Positions 1 to 9,083 of a stretch of 64,000 nucleotides of DNA are shown here, piece after piece (the stretch's first letter is position 1; every line of letters begins with the position of its first letter). Both the position numbers and the translations under genes were made by a program. The stretch is from an uncultured Clostridia bacterium. Lineage in GTDB: Bacteria; Bacillota; Clostridia; Christensenellales; UBA1242. The DNA lies in NCBI GenBank assembly GCA_944372465.1, contig CALVZG010000031.1, positions 3,410 through 67,409 on the forward strand, in the 5' to 3' direction. A model generated the notes under the pieces. That model did not search any database. It was not told the origin of the DNA and worked only from the letters and a program-made list of their open reading frames with translations.

Positions 1-64
1 AAATGATTGATATTAAAGTTTAAATTAATTTTATATTAATTTAATCTTAAACAAGGAGTACAAT

Positions 65-556
65 ATGAAAAAAACAAAGTTATTACTTATTTCACTTTTA
101 ATTTTTCCTTTAATTCTTTCAGGTTGTGGAAAGACTGAATTAAATTATTCAATAATAGAAAGAGATGAGCAACATATAGGAGGTGATTTGTCATTTGAGT
201 ATGACAGTGATTCGCATATAGCCACTTTTGGAGGCGAAGGTGAGGTTGTTGAATTTTATGATATAGATATAGCACGAGGTTTTAAAGAAAAGGGGAATAG
301 AATAGGAATAAAAATAACAGCACCAAAACAAATAAAAGATTATGAATCAGGTATAGCAAAAATTGGAAATCAAAAGATAGAGGTCGGGGCAATTTATAAA
401 CAAGTTAATTCAAATAAAGTAAGTGAGGCAGTATTTTATCCATTAGTAGACGAAAATAATAGAAAGATAGAATTAAAAATTACATGGGAAAATAATACTG
501 CAGAACAAACATATTTAATTATAATAAAAGAGGGTACAAACTTTGCACAGGAGTAA
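65..556 (+). CDS. putative lipoprotein (hypothetical)
   Basis: 163-aa ORF. AGGAG lies 6 nt before the ATG. The N-terminal signal peptide ends in the lipobox LILSGC. No catalytic motif recognised. Confidence 0.6.
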   Translation: MKKTKLLLISLLIFPLILSGCGKTELNYSIIERDEQHIGGDLSFEYDSDSHIATFGGEGEVVEFYDIDIARGFKEKGNRIGIKITAPKQIKDYESGIAKIGNQKIEVGAIYKQVNSNKVSEAVFYPLVDENNRKIELKITWENNTAEQTYLIIIKEGTNFAQE

Positions 557-626
557 ATTTTACTTAATAAATTAAATATAAAAGGATAAAAAATAAATGA
601 AATAACAAAAACTTTAAGAAAAACGC

Positions 627-655
627 TTGACAAATAAAAGTTTATTATATATAAT
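627..655 (+). promoter_or_regulatory. consensus sigma-A promoter for tRNA-Glu
   Basis: TTGACA (627-632), a 17-nt spacer, then TATAAT (650-655). It lies about 40 nt upstream of the tRNA 5' end. Confidence 0.6.
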
Positions 656-694
656 GTGAAAGTATCAAAAAATATCTCCCAATTTTTGATATAA

Positions 695-769
695 GGCCTC
701 ATGGTCAAGCGGTTAAGACATCGCCCTTTCACGGCGGAATCAGGGGTTCGATTCCCCTTGAGGCTACCA
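695..769 (+). tRNA. tRNA-Glu (anticodon UUC), CCA encoded
   Basis: 75-nt cloverleaf folded by hand. Acceptor GGCCTCA/TGAGGCT (G1-U72 wobble). 3-bp D stem GTC/GAC with AAGCGGTTAA loop. Anticodon stem TCGCC/GGCGG with loop CTTTCAC. T arm AGGGG-TTCGATT-CCCCT. Ends in A-CCA. Closely resembles Bacillus-type tRNA-Glu. Confidence 0.9.
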
Positions 770-784
770 AAAAGAAATAAAACT

Positions 785-825
785 ACCCAAATACTTGTCA
801 AATAAGTGTTTGGGTATTTTCGTTT
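785..825 (+). terminator. rho-independent terminator after tRNA-Glu
   Basis: 12-bp stem ACCCAAATACTT / AAGTGTTTGGGT with one G-U pair and a 7-nt loop. Followed by ATTTTCGTTT. Confidence 0.6.
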
Positions 826-915
826 AATTATAATAATTTTAAACTTAAACTAAAAATAAAAATTAATAATCAGTTAGTTAATTATGTAAAAAATAATTAT
901 TTATTCAATAAATTT

Positions 916-1647
916 TTATATGTTGATATTAGTTCTAGCAACTCCACAAGCATAAATTTTCTTTGCTTTGACAAGCAGACTAGAACAAGTATTTATGGTT
1001 GCACAAGTAGTTATTACATCATCAACAAGTAAAATAGTTTTTCCTCTTATTGAAGTTTTGTCAACAAGAGTCATGCTATCTAATAGATTATTTTGTCTAT
1101 CTTCATAATTTAAAAATTTTTGTTTAGAGGTTATAACATTTTTAACAAGCACTTCCATTACAGGTTTGTTTAATATCCGCCCAATTTCATTAGCAAGGAG
1201 TAGAGAGGGGTTGTAACCTCTTCGCTTTATAGTTTTTATATGTGATGGTACAGGAACAATGATATCAAATTGAATATTTTCTTCTTTCAGCCTATTAATA
1301 ATCAGTTCGGCAAATGGTCTGGCTAAAAATCTTGCGTTGTCTTCTTTAAATTTAAGTATAGCATTTTTGACTTTATCATTATAATTAAGTGGACATACAC
1401 ACTTTTCAAAAAATCTTTTACTATTTTTACAATGGTCGCAAATAATATTTCCCTCTTTGATAATAGTGTCGCATTTTACACAACGATTTCCCTCATTAAA
1501 TATATCATCTAACAGACATTCCTTGCAAAAAACATATTCGTTACTAAATAAATCTTTTCCACATAAAATACACTTGAAATCATTAGGGAAGAGGATATCA
1601 AGAGTTTTGTTAGCAATTCTTTTGATTTTTTCAGTAAAGTTTTTCAT
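916..1647 (-). CDS. comF: ComF family protein (phosphoribosyltransferase-like, competence-associated)
   Basis: 243 aa. N-terminal Cys-rich zinc-ribbon pairs (CILCGK...CKEC, CVKC...CDHC). C-terminal PRTase loop ILLVDDVITTCATI. AAAGGTG RBS. Lies directly downstream of recD2 on the same strand. Confidence 0.75.
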   Translation of the reverse strand: MKNFTEKIKRIANKTLDILFPNDFKCILCGKDLFSNEYVFCKECLLDDIFNEGNRCVKCDTIIKEGNIICDHCKNSKRFFEKCVCPLNYNDKVKNAILKFKEDNARFLARPFAELIINRLKEENIQFDIIVPVPSHIKTIKRRGYNPSLLLANEIGRILNKPVMEVLVKNVITSKQKFLNYEDRQNNLLDSMTLVDKTSIRGKTILLVDDVITTCATINTCSSLLVKAKKIYACGVARTNINI

Positions 1648-1671
1648 AATAACACCTTTAATGATAAATAA

Positions 1672-3909
1672 TTAATTAAATAATTCTTTTATTTTTTTAT
1701 CTGCATCAATTAAAAGTTGTTTTAAAAGTGTGAAGCGTTGGACAGTATAATTGTTTGAAACCATTCGTTTAAGATTTTTTTGCTCACCAACAATAACAAC
1801 CATTTTTTTAGCACGAGTTACTGCGGTATAAATTAGATTTCTTGTTAAAATCATACTTGGACCTGCTATAGCAGGTATGATAACAACATCAAATTCAGAG
1901 CCTTGACTTTTATGTATGGTAATAGCATAAGCGAGAGAAAGTTGGCTGATTTCAGTCCTAGGATAAAGACAACGGCGTCCATCTTCGAATAAAACTACCA
2001 TTTCATTTGTTTGAAAATCAATGAGTTCAATGTAACCAATGTCGCCATTAAAAACGCCTTCTCCTTCTTCTTCAATAAAACCATTCATTTTTTTCCAAAC
2101 AAGGTTATAGTTATTTGTTGTTTGCATAACTTTATCACCAACTCTAAAAATGCTATTTCCAACAGCAATTTCCATTTTTTGAATAGAGGAGGGATTAATA
2201 CTATCTTGTAAACACTTATTAAGGTTATCTATTCCGCAAACACCGGCTTTAAGAGGGGCTAGCACTTGAATTTGGCAACTATCAAGCCCTGTGAATTTAG
2301 GTAATCTGTTTACCACCATATCGACAATAGAATTTTTAATACTGTTAAGGTCAGATTTTTCTTCAAAGAAAAAGTCTTTTGAAGAATTGTTTATAAGAGG
2401 CATTTTGCCATCATTGATAAGATGGGCATTTGTGATGATAAGACTATCGTCATTTTGTCTAAAGATTTTTGTAAGCATAGAGATTGTTACAATCTTGCTT
2501 TTAATAATGTCATCAAGTACATTTCCAGCCCCAACACTTGGAAGTTGGTCTTTATCTCCAACAAGTATAAGTTTGCAGTCGCGAGGGAGTGCTTTACAAA
2601 GATGACTCATAAGTGCGACATCAACCATAGAAACCTCATCAACAATAACGGCATCAGTTTTAAGAGGATTGTTTTCATTATATACAAAACGACTTAATTT
2701 CGCAAGGTCGCCACTTGCGACTTCAAGTGCTCTATGTATGGTTTTTGCTTCCTCGCCTGTACTATCGCTCATACGCTTTGCAGCACGACCAGTAGGAGCA
2801 AGAAGAATAAATTTTTGATTATTTTGCTTTAATATTTCAATTATACATTTAATAATGGTTGTTTTGCCTGTGCCGGGTCCTCCAGTAATAACTGAAACGC
2901 CATTATTAATAGAATTGATAATAGCATTTTTTTGTTCTTCGTGAAATTTTATTTTATTTCTTTTTTCAAAATAATCAATATCATCATCAACATTCTTTTT
3001 TTCAAGAACAGTTGACGAGTTTAGTAAAGCGATTTTTTGAGCGACCGAACTTTCATAAAAATAATATTTGGAAGGAATTACAATTTCATAACCTTCATGC
3101 CAAGATAAAATGACAGTTTTGTCAAGAGTAAGCCCTTGCAAAGCATCATCAAAAAGTTCTTTATTATTTTCAAACGGAAGTTCTAAAATATTTTCGGCTT
3201 GACTAAATAAAAGATTTTTTGGCATATAAGTATTACCAGTTTTTTCGACAGCGTTATTAAGCGAATGTAAAATTCCTGCACGAACCCGATATTCGCTATT
3301 TTCGTTAATTCCAATAGATTTTGCGATTTTGTCAGCGGATAGAAAACCTATACCATCAACATCTTCAACCAAACGATAGGGGTTTGTTTTAATAACTTCA
3401 ATAGTCTTATCTCCGTAAACATCATAAATTTTAAGAGCCATGTTGGTAGTCAAGTTGTATTTTTGGAGGAACATAACAGTATTTTGTAATTTTTTAAGTT
3501 CTTTAAATTTATCGCCAATATCAAGAGCCTTTTTTAGACTTATATTTTTTATTTCAGCAAGAGAAGAAGGGCTCATTTCAATAATATCAAAAGTTTGTTC
3601 TTTGAAGTGATTGACAATGTTTTTAGCAGTTGCAGGTCCAACGCCTTTAATAAGTCCAGAAGCAAGATATTTTTCGATACCTGCAAGAGTAGTAGGCAAA
3701 ATAACTTCATATGATGAGAAAGCAAATTGATAACCATATTTAGAATTATTGACATAATCACCATCAAGAGCGAGATTTTCCCCAATATTAGCGTTAATCA
3801 ATTTACCAGTGCAAGTAACGGGAGTAGATTTGAAGTCAATAATAAAAACAGTATAACCATTTTGGTCATTTCTAAAAATCACATCTTCAATAGGTCCTTC
3901 AATACGCAT
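1672..3909 (-). CDS. recD2: SF1B ATP-dependent DNA helicase, RecD2/RecD-TraA family
   Basis: 745 aa. Walker A ITGGPGTGKTT and Walker B VIVDEVSMVD. LILVGDKDQLPSVGAGN motif. C-terminal AITIHKSQGSEF and YTAVTRAKK motifs typical of RecD-like helicases. Confidence 0.85.
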   Translation of the reverse strand: MRIEGPIEDVIFRNDQNGYTVFIIDFKSTPVTCTGKLINANIGENLALDGDYVNNSKYGYQFAFSSYEVILPTTLAGIEKYLASGLIKGVGPATAKNIVNHFKEQTFDIIEMSPSSLAEIKNISLKKALDIGDKFKELKKLQNTVMFLQKYNLTTNMALKIYDVYGDKTIEVIKTNPYRLVEDVDGIGFLSADKIAKSIGINENSEYRVRAGILHSLNNAVEKTGNTYMPKNLLFSQAENILELPFENNKELFDDALQGLTLDKTVILSWHEGYEIVIPSKYYFYESSVAQKIALLNSSTVLEKKNVDDDIDYFEKRNKIKFHEEQKNAIINSINNGVSVITGGPGTGKTTIIKCIIEILKQNNQKFILLAPTGRAAKRMSDSTGEEAKTIHRALEVASGDLAKLSRFVYNENNPLKTDAVIVDEVSMVDVALMSHLCKALPRDCKLILVGDKDQLPSVGAGNVLDDIIKSKIVTISMLTKIFRQNDDSLIITNAHLINDGKMPLINNSSKDFFFEEKSDLNSIKNSIVDMVVNRLPKFTGLDSCQIQVLAPLKAGVCGIDNLNKCLQDSINPSSIQKMEIAVGNSIFRVGDKVMQTTNNYNLVWKKMNGFIEEEGEGVFNGDIGYIELIDFQTNEMVVLFEDGRRCLYPRTEISQLSLAYAITIHKSQGSEFDVVIIPAIAGPSMILTRNLIYTAVTRAKKMVVIVGEQKNLKRMVSNNYTVQRFTLLKQLLIDADKKIKELFN

Positions 3910-4006
3910 ACATATATTTTAATTCCATTTGTAAATAAAATCAACTAAAATTTGCTTGCAATTACTAAAAATATTTTATATACTTATACCAATAAGAGTA
4001 AAAAAG

Positions 4007-4390
4007 ATGAAGAATTTAGAAAAATTAATTGAAATAGAAGCATTGCTTGAAAATTTAATGAAGAGTCATAAAAAGGGCGGAATATTGCGTACTAAAGTTT
4101 TATTTTTCTGTTCAGTATATCAAAATTTACCTGTAGGAATAATAATAGATAAGTTAGGAATAAAGAAAACTAATTTTGCTTTAATGACATCTGAACTTGA
4201 AAAAGATGGTTGTATAATAATAAAACAATCAAATATAGATAGACGCTGTAGAACAGTTGAGGTAACCGAAAAGGGCAAAAAAGAACTAGAAGATTATAAA
4301 AAAGAATTAGATAAATCTCTCGGCAATACTACACTTGAAGTTGACAAAGCAATACAAATATTGTCTGTTTATCTAAATAAAAACATTTAA
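4007..4390 (+). CDS. MarR-family winged-helix transcriptional regulator
   Basis: The track ORF starts at 3956. I prefer the internal ATG at 4007 (MKNLEKL...), giving about 127 aa. The region ...GIKKTNFALMTSELEKDGCIIIKQSNIDRRCRTVEVTEKG is MarR-like (HTH followed by a wing). Confidence 0.55.
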   Translation: MKNLEKLIEIEALLENLMKSHKKGGILRTKVLFFCSVYQNLPVGIIIDKLGIKKTNFALMTSELEKDGCIIIKQSNIDRRCRTVEVTEKGKKELEDYKKELDKSLGNTTLEVDKAIQILSVYLNKNI

Positions 4391-4505
4391 TAAAAAATAA
4401 AAAATAAATAAAACAAATTAAATTAAAAGAGAATAAAAATATATAAAGGCAATAAGAAAAATATAAAAGGAATAAGAAAACAAATAAACAATTAAAGGAG
4501 CAAAA

Positions 4506-5909
4506 ATGCTTAAAATTTATAATACGCTAACAAGGAAAAAAGAAATTTTTCAGCCATATGATAAAAATAATGTAAAAATGTATGCTTGTGGAATAACTGT
4601 ATCAGGTAATGCACATATAGGTCATTTATATCAGGCAATGATATATGATATAATAAGAAAAGTTCTTGAAAAAAATGGTTATAAAGTAACATATGCACGA
4701 AATTACACCGATATTGATGATAAAATAATAGCATCTGCAAATAAACTTGGTATTGATTCTAAAGTTTACGCAGAAAATATGATAAAGAAAATTGATGAAG
4801 AGATGAGATATTTTCAAGTAGACGAACCTACAATATGGCTTAAAGCAACTGAAAATATTGATAATATAATAAATTTTGTAAAAAGATTGATAGAGAAAGG
4901 CTATGCATATACAACAAAGAATGGAGATGTCTATTACAGCGTAGAAAAATTTTCAAAATATGGTTGTCTTTCAAATAGAAATTTAGAAGATGCAAAAAAT
5001 AATTATAGAATAGAGAATGATGAAGAAAAAAAATCTCCATTAGATTTTGCCCTATGGAAAAGTGCAAAAGCGGGAGAGCCATATTGGATTTCACCATGGG
5101 GAAAGGGTAGACCGGGTTGGCATATAGAATGTTCAACAATGAATATGACTGCTTTTGGGGAGCAGATAGACATACATGGTGGCGGAAGAGATTTAATTTT
5201 CCCACACCATGAAAACGAGATTGCACAAACAGAGGCATTGACGGGGAAGCAATTTGCAAAATATTGGATACACAATGGTCTTATAAAGGTGAATGGACAG
5301 AAGATGAGTAAAAGTTTAGGCAATTCTATAATTCTAGAAGACTTAAAGAAAAAATATCCCCCAGAAACAGTTAAGTTTGCCTTGCTTCAAAATAGTTATA
5401 GAAGTGATATAAATTTAACAGACGAAATTTTTGATTTAGCAGAAAAACAAATGTATAATTTTTATTCTGTTTTAAATAAAGTTGAACAAACATTTAAAAT
5501 AGGAAGTGAAACATTAATAGAAGATAATGAATATGATAAAAAAGTCAATGAAGCACTTCAAGATGATTTCAACACACCAAAAGCATTATCATACTTATTT
5601 GATATATTCAAAGAGATGTCAAAGAAAGTCAAAGATTTAGATGATAGCGTAGTCAAAGATTATTTTAAGGTAAAACAAGCATACAAAATATTAGGATTGT
5701 TTGTAAACGATTCAAAAAAAGTGCTAGAATTTTATGATAACAAGAATCAAATTGAAATTCCATCGCAGATAAAAGAAATGGCAGAAAAACGCTGGCAGGC
5801 AAAACTTAATAAAGACTATCAGCAGGCAGATGTTTTAAGACAAGAAATAGAAAATCAAGGCTATCAAATAAAGGATAGTAAAGAGGATTATAATATAATA
5901 AAGAAATAA
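4506..5909 (+). CDS. cysS: cysteine--tRNA ligase
   Basis: 467 aa. HIGH-type motif GNAHIGH, KMSKS motif, and WHIECS zinc-site motif. AAAGGAG RBS. Confidence 0.95.
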   Translation: MLKIYNTLTRKKEIFQPYDKNNVKMYACGITVSGNAHIGHLYQAMIYDIIRKVLEKNGYKVTYARNYTDIDDKIIASANKLGIDSKVYAENMIKKIDEEMRYFQVDEPTIWLKATENIDNIINFVKRLIEKGYAYTTKNGDVYYSVEKFSKYGCLSNRNLEDAKNNYRIENDEEKKSPLDFALWKSAKAGEPYWISPWGKGRPGWHIECSTMNMTAFGEQIDIHGGGRDLIFPHHENEIAQTEALTGKQFAKYWIHNGLIKVNGQKMSKSLGNSIILEDLKKKYPPETVKFALLQNSYRSDINLTDEIFDLAEKQMYNFYSVLNKVEQTFKIGSETLIEDNEYDKKVNEALQDDFNTPKALSYLFDIFKEMSKKVKDLDDSVVKDYFKVKQAYKILGLFVNDSKKVLEFYDNKNQIEIPSQIKEMAEKRWQAKLNKDYQQADVLRQEIENQGYQIKDSKEDYNIIKK

Positions 5910-5952
5910 AAAGTTATAAAAAAATAAAAAGTTATAAAAATATATAAAAAAG

Positions 5953-5977
5953 ATACGGGTCAATTCCCGTATTTTTT
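5953..5977. terminator. bidirectional hairpin terminator between cysS and rpmB
   Basis: Stem ATACGGG / CCCGTAT with 6-nt loop. A-run upstream and T-run (5973-5977) downstream. A second hairpin AGACATC/GATGTCT (6002-6021), flanked by an A-run on the plus strand, fits an rpmB terminator on the minus strand. Confidence 0.6.
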
Positions 5978-6031
5978 AAATCAAAGATATATAAATAAAA
6001 AAGACATCATAAAAGATGTCTAAAAAATAAC

Positions 6032-6214
6032 CTATGCTTTTTTAGCAGTTCTAATACATTTGGTACATGCTTTAACTGTTTTAGGTTTTCCATCAACTTC
6101 AATAGTAGTTTTTTGAAGATTGAGTTCATAAGTTCTATTATATTTCTTATTAGAGAAAGAAACTTGTTTTCCAGTTGCTTTGCTTCTTCCACATACTTCA
6201 CATACTCTAGACAT
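6032..6214 (-). CDS. rpmB: 50S ribosomal protein L28
   Basis: The track ORF extends to 6247. The true start is probably the ATG at 6214 (MSRVCEVCGR...), preceded by GGAGG about 7 nt upstream. 60 aa with the L28-like sequence ...KQVSFSNKKYNRTYELNLQK... Confidence 0.9.
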   Translation of the reverse strand: MSRVCEVCGRSKATGKQVSFSNKKYNRTYELNLQKTTIEVDGKPKTVKACTKCIRTAKKA

Positions 6215-6349
6215 AATAATCCTCCATAAATAAATTTTATCTTGCACTATACTATATCATTTTTAAGAAAAAAAATCAACTCTTTTTTCCAAAAATGTTA
6301 TAAAACTTAAAAAAATGTAACAAATTCATAGGAATTGAATAAAAAAAGG

Positions 6350-6378
6350 TTGTAATTTTTTTAAATATATAGTATTAT
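6350..6378 (+). promoter_or_regulatory. candidate sigma-A promoter for asp23-yloV operon
   Basis: TTGTAA, 17 nt, then TATTAT, about 35 nt upstream of the ATG at 6413. In DNA this AT-rich such matches are common. Confidence 0.35.
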
Positions 6379-6412
6379 ATATAGAGCGAAGTATCAAATA
6401 ATAGGGGGCTAA

Positions 6413-6763
6413 ATGACAGTTGATACCAATAATTATTATGGTAACATATCAATTTCCGACAATGCGATAAGGATTGTCGCAGGTTATGCTGCCCTAGATT
6501 GTTATGGGGTGGTGGATTTAGTTGCAAAAACCATAACAGACAGCGCAAAAGAATTAATAAAGAAAGAATCTTATTCCAAAGGAATTAAGATAAGTCATAT
6601 CGACAACAGAATTTATATAGATGTTTACTGTATACTTAAATATGGTGTTTCAATAAGTGCAGTTGCAGAATCACTCAGAAAGTCTGTAAAATATAGTGTA
6701 GAATATTTTACAGGCATGCTTGTTGATGCAGTAAATGTCCATGTTGTCGGAGTAAGAGTTTAG
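6413..6763 (+). CDS. Asp23/Gls24-family alkaline shock protein (YloU-like)
   Basis: 116 aa. N-terminal ISDNAIRIVAGYAALDCYGVV is typical of Asp23-family proteins. GGGGG RBS. Conserved pairing with the downstream DAK2 protein. Confidence 0.85.
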   Translation: MTVDTNNYYGNISISDNAIRIVAGYAALDCYGVVDLVAKTITDSAKELIKKESYSKGIKISHIDNRIYIDVYCILKYGVSISAVAESLRKSVKYSVEYFTGMLVDAVNVHVVGVRV

Positions 6764-6775
6764 GAGCATTGAACT

Positions 6776-8410
6776 ATGATAAAAACGATAAACGGAGCAA
6801 CATTCCGCAAGATGATAGTTGCTGGGGCAAGTTTGCTTGAGCAAAATAAGAAATATGTCGATTCATTAAATGTATTCCCTGTGCCAGATGGCGATACAGG
6901 AACAAATATGTTTTTGACAATGAAATCAGCAGTAAACGAGGTTTCCCAATGTATCACAAATAATTTGGACGCTTTAAGTAAAGCGTTTTCAAAGGGCGCA
7001 CTAAAAGGTGCTAGAGGAAATAGTGGGGTTATAACATCTCAAATATTCAAAGGATTTTGTTCAGAAACTGCCAAAGTAAGCGAAATCACAACAAAAGTAT
7101 TTGCAAAGGCTATGCAAGAGGGTGCTAATATAGCATATAAGGCTGTTACAAAGCCAAAAGAGGGGACAATACTTACAGTTATAAGAGTTATGGCAGAAAA
7201 TGCTGTAAATGTAGCAAAAAAGTGTGATGATTTCGAAATCTTTTTTAAGAAAGTTTTGGAAACAGGAGAGGAAATTTTAAAACAAACTCCAGAAATGCTT
7301 CCAGTTCTTAAAAAAGCGGGAGTTGTAGATGCCGGTGGTCGTGGAATTATTGTAATTTTCACAGGCTTTTATAAACTCATAATGGGCGAAGAAGACTTTG
7401 AATTCCAATTTGAAGATGATAAGAAAACACAAACAGTTGATGAAGTAATAGCAGATATAAATGCTCTTGAAGATATTCAATTTGCTTATTGTACAGAATA
7501 TATGATTATTCATATGAAAAAGCAAACAACAGAAGCAGATATTGACAAATTGCGTGAAAAACTAATGCAAATAGGTGATTCAGTTATCTGTATAGGAGAT
7601 TTGAATCTTGTCAAAGTCCATGTACATTCAAACGAACCAAACAAAGCCCTTGAATATGCTCTTGAATTAGGAGAACTCTATAACTTGAAAATAGAAAATA
7701 TGAGAGAGCAAAATAGAGAAATTAAGAAGAAAAATGTAGCACAAGAAGAAACAAAAGAACATGGAATGATAGCAGTAGCACCGGGCGAAGGGCTTTCTGC
7801 AATATTTAAAGATTTAAGCGTAGATGAAATAATATTTGGTGGGCAAACAATGAACCCGTCTGCAGCCGATATAGCAGCCGCAGCCGATAAAGTGCCAGCA
7901 AGAAATGTTTTTGTTTTCCCAAATAATAAAAATATAGTGCTCGCAGCACAACAAGCAAATGACTTAACAAACAAAAACTTGATTATAATACCAACTCGTT
8001 CAATTCCAGAGGGTATAAGTGCGACAATAGCCTTTAATCCAGACGGAAGCGTAGAAGAGAACACCGAAGCCATGAATGATGCTATAAAGGGTGTAAAATC
8101 TGGAATGGTAACCTATGCTGTAAGAGATACTCATGTTGACGGTTTTGATTTATCAGTAGGCGAAATAATAGGTCTTGATGATAAAGCAATTCTTGCAAAA
8201 GGAAAACATGTATCAGAAACAACAGAAGGCTTAATTGCAAAAATGATGAGTGATGAAATCATGAATATAACTCTTTTCTATGGCGAAGATATAAGAGAAG
8301 AAGAAGCAAATGCTTTAGCAGAAAAAATAGCAACTTTATATCCAGATTGCGAAGTTACAGCAGCATTTGGCGGTCAACCTGTTTATTATTATATTGTAAG
8401 TCTAGAATAA
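6776..8410 (+). CDS. yloV: DAK2 domain fusion protein (YloV family)
   Basis: 544 aa. N-terminal DAK2 signature PVPDGDTGTNM and GARGNSGVI. C-terminal DegV-like half. Synteny with the asp23-like gene. Confidence 0.85.
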   Translation: MIKTINGATFRKMIVAGASLLEQNKKYVDSLNVFPVPDGDTGTNMFLTMKSAVNEVSQCITNNLDALSKAFSKGALKGARGNSGVITSQIFKGFCSETAKVSEITTKVFAKAMQEGANIAYKAVTKPKEGTILTVIRVMAENAVNVAKKCDDFEIFFKKVLETGEEILKQTPEMLPVLKKAGVVDAGGRGIIVIFTGFYKLIMGEEDFEFQFEDDKKTQTVDEVIADINALEDIQFAYCTEYMIIHMKKQTTEADIDKLREKLMQIGDSVICIGDLNLVKVHVHSNEPNKALEYALELGELYNLKIENMREQNREIKKKNVAQEETKEHGMIAVAPGEGLSAIFKDLSVDEIIFGGQTMNPSAADIAAAADKVPARNVFVFPNNKNIVLAAQQANDLTNKNLIIIPTRSIPEGISATIAFNPDGSVEENTEAMNDAIKGVKSGMVTYAVRDTHVDGFDLSVGEIIGLDDKAILAKGKHVSETTEGLIAKMMSDEIMNITLFYGEDIREEEANALAEKIATLYPDCEVTAAFGGQPVYYYIVSLE

Positions 8411-8435
8411 AATGTTAGATAGTTAAAAAAATAGG

Positions 8436-8466
8436 AAATCACACAGATTAAAGTGTGATTTTTTTA
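8436..8466 (+). terminator. rho-independent terminator after yloV
   Basis: 9-bp stem AAATCACAC / GTGTGATTT with 8-nt loop, running into a T-run (8459-8465, partly within the stem). Confidence 0.65.
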
Positions 8467-8519
8467 AAGAATAAAAAATAATATAAAATGATTAAATTAC
8501 TATTTTATTTGAAAAATTT

Positions 8520-8553
8520 GGAAATTCATTAGCGAAGTTGCTAGTGAATTTCC
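8520..8553 (-). terminator. strong hairpin, probable terminator of the minus-strand HTH gene
   Basis: 14-bp stem GGAAATTCATTAGC / GCTAGTGAATTTCC with one G-U and 6-nt loop. On the minus strand it is followed by CAAATTTTTC. Confidence 0.4.
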
Positions 8554-8581
8554 AAATAAAAAATGACATTTTTTTTATTTT

Positions 8582-8687
8582 TATCTTTTGTATAAAAGCA
8601 TAAAAGAGATTATCTTTTGTGTATAAAACAATTTGTCTTATGTAAGTAAAATTGTCTATCATTTGTATAAAAGATAATTATCTTTTT
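8582..8687. repeat. 3.5 direct copies of a 17-19-nt motif TATC(T/A)TTTGT(G)TATAAAA(G/C)
   Basis: Copies at 8582-8598, 8611-8629 and 8657-8673, plus a partial copy at 8679-8687. All lie in non-coding DNA just downstream of the HTH gene at 8691-8948. Confidence 0.5.
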
Positions 8688-8690
8688 CAG

Positions 8691-8948
8691 TCAATATTTA
8701 GAATTAAATTCAATAATAAGGTCCATTATAGAGCAGTTTATTGTTTTGGCGATTTTAGAAATATCCACAATGTTTACTTTGTCTAAAAGGTTGTTTAAAA
8801 GATGTGTAATTGTTATAAATTTAACATCTGATTGTTTAGCAAATTCAATTAAAGACAAATTATGTCTTACTAAATAATCTCGAATAATTTTAGTATTTAT
8901 AAACACATCTTCCGCATATTTCTTATTTCTTGAATATTCTTCTTTCAT
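8691..8948 (-). CDS. XRE/Cro-C1-type HTH protein (repressor-like)
   Basis: The track ORF runs to 8993, but a strong promoter lies inside that extension. I therefore prefer the ATG at 8948 (MKEEYSRNKKY..., 85 aa). HTH-like segment LSLIEFAKQSDVKFITITHLLN. Confidence 0.55.
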   Translation of the reverse strand: MKEEYSRNKKYAEDVFINTKIIRDYLVRHNLSLIEFAKQSDVKFITITHLLNNLLDKVNIVDISKIAKTINCSIMDLIIEFNSKY

Positions 8949-8960
8949 ATTGACAAACAT

Positions 8961-8989
8961 ATTATAACACATATTTGTGTGTTTGGCAA
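8961..8989 (-). promoter_or_regulatory. near-consensus extended -10 promoter for the minus-strand HTH gene
   Basis: The minus strand reads TTGCCA, 17 nt, then TGT-TATAAT. The -10 ends 13 nt before the ATG at 8948, so the leader would be only about 6 nt with no SD. Confidence 0.55.
8967..8980. promoter_or_regulatory. candidate operator ACAC-N6-GTGT (site 1)
   Basis: ACACATATTTGTGT sits in the spacer of the leftward promoter. It has the same half-site architecture as site 2. Confidence 0.4.
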
Positions 8990-9048
8990 ACAAATTTTTT
9001 AAAAATTTTTTTTAAATTAACATATATATGTGTATTCGTTTATGTGTA

Positions 9049-9062
9049 ACACGAAATCGTGT
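9049..9062. promoter_or_regulatory. candidate operator ACAC-N6-GTGT (site 2)
   Basis: ACACGAAATCGTGT is a perfect 6-2-6 inverted repeat (ACACGA AA TCGTGT). It lies 22 nt upstream of the ATG at 9084 and overlaps a TATACT -10-like hexamer. Confidence 0.4.
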
Positions 9063-9083
9063 ATACTTAATTTGGAGAAATAA

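Noticed and set aside
436-801. 121-aa minus-strand ORF from the track
   Set aside because: It runs antisense straight through the well-folded tRNA-Glu (695-769), its consensus promoter and its terminator. It has no SD. This is an artefact of stop-poor AT-rich sequence.
4391-4505. T-box leader upstream of cysS
   Set aside because: The spacer is only about 115 nt, almost pure A/T. It has no specifier hairpin and no conserved T-box sequence (AGGGTGGNACCGCG-like).
4510-8073. Antisense or alternate-frame ORFs inside cysS and yloV (for example 4510-4740, 4840-5259, 5003-5323, 7039-7362, 7678-8073). The same kind occurs elsewhere (2011-2697 in recD2, 24715-25116 and 25723-25971 in the ATPase, 31721-32102 in the flippase, 45216-45542 in the M23 gene).
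   Set aside because: Each is embedded in a gene with strong motif support on the other strand or frame. None has a recognisable domain or RBS.
8582-8687. CRISPR array
   Set aside because: There are only 3.5 short repeats with irregular 10-27-nt spacing and sequence drift, and no cas genes in the window. No other CRISPR-like repeat-spacer periodicity was seen anywhere.
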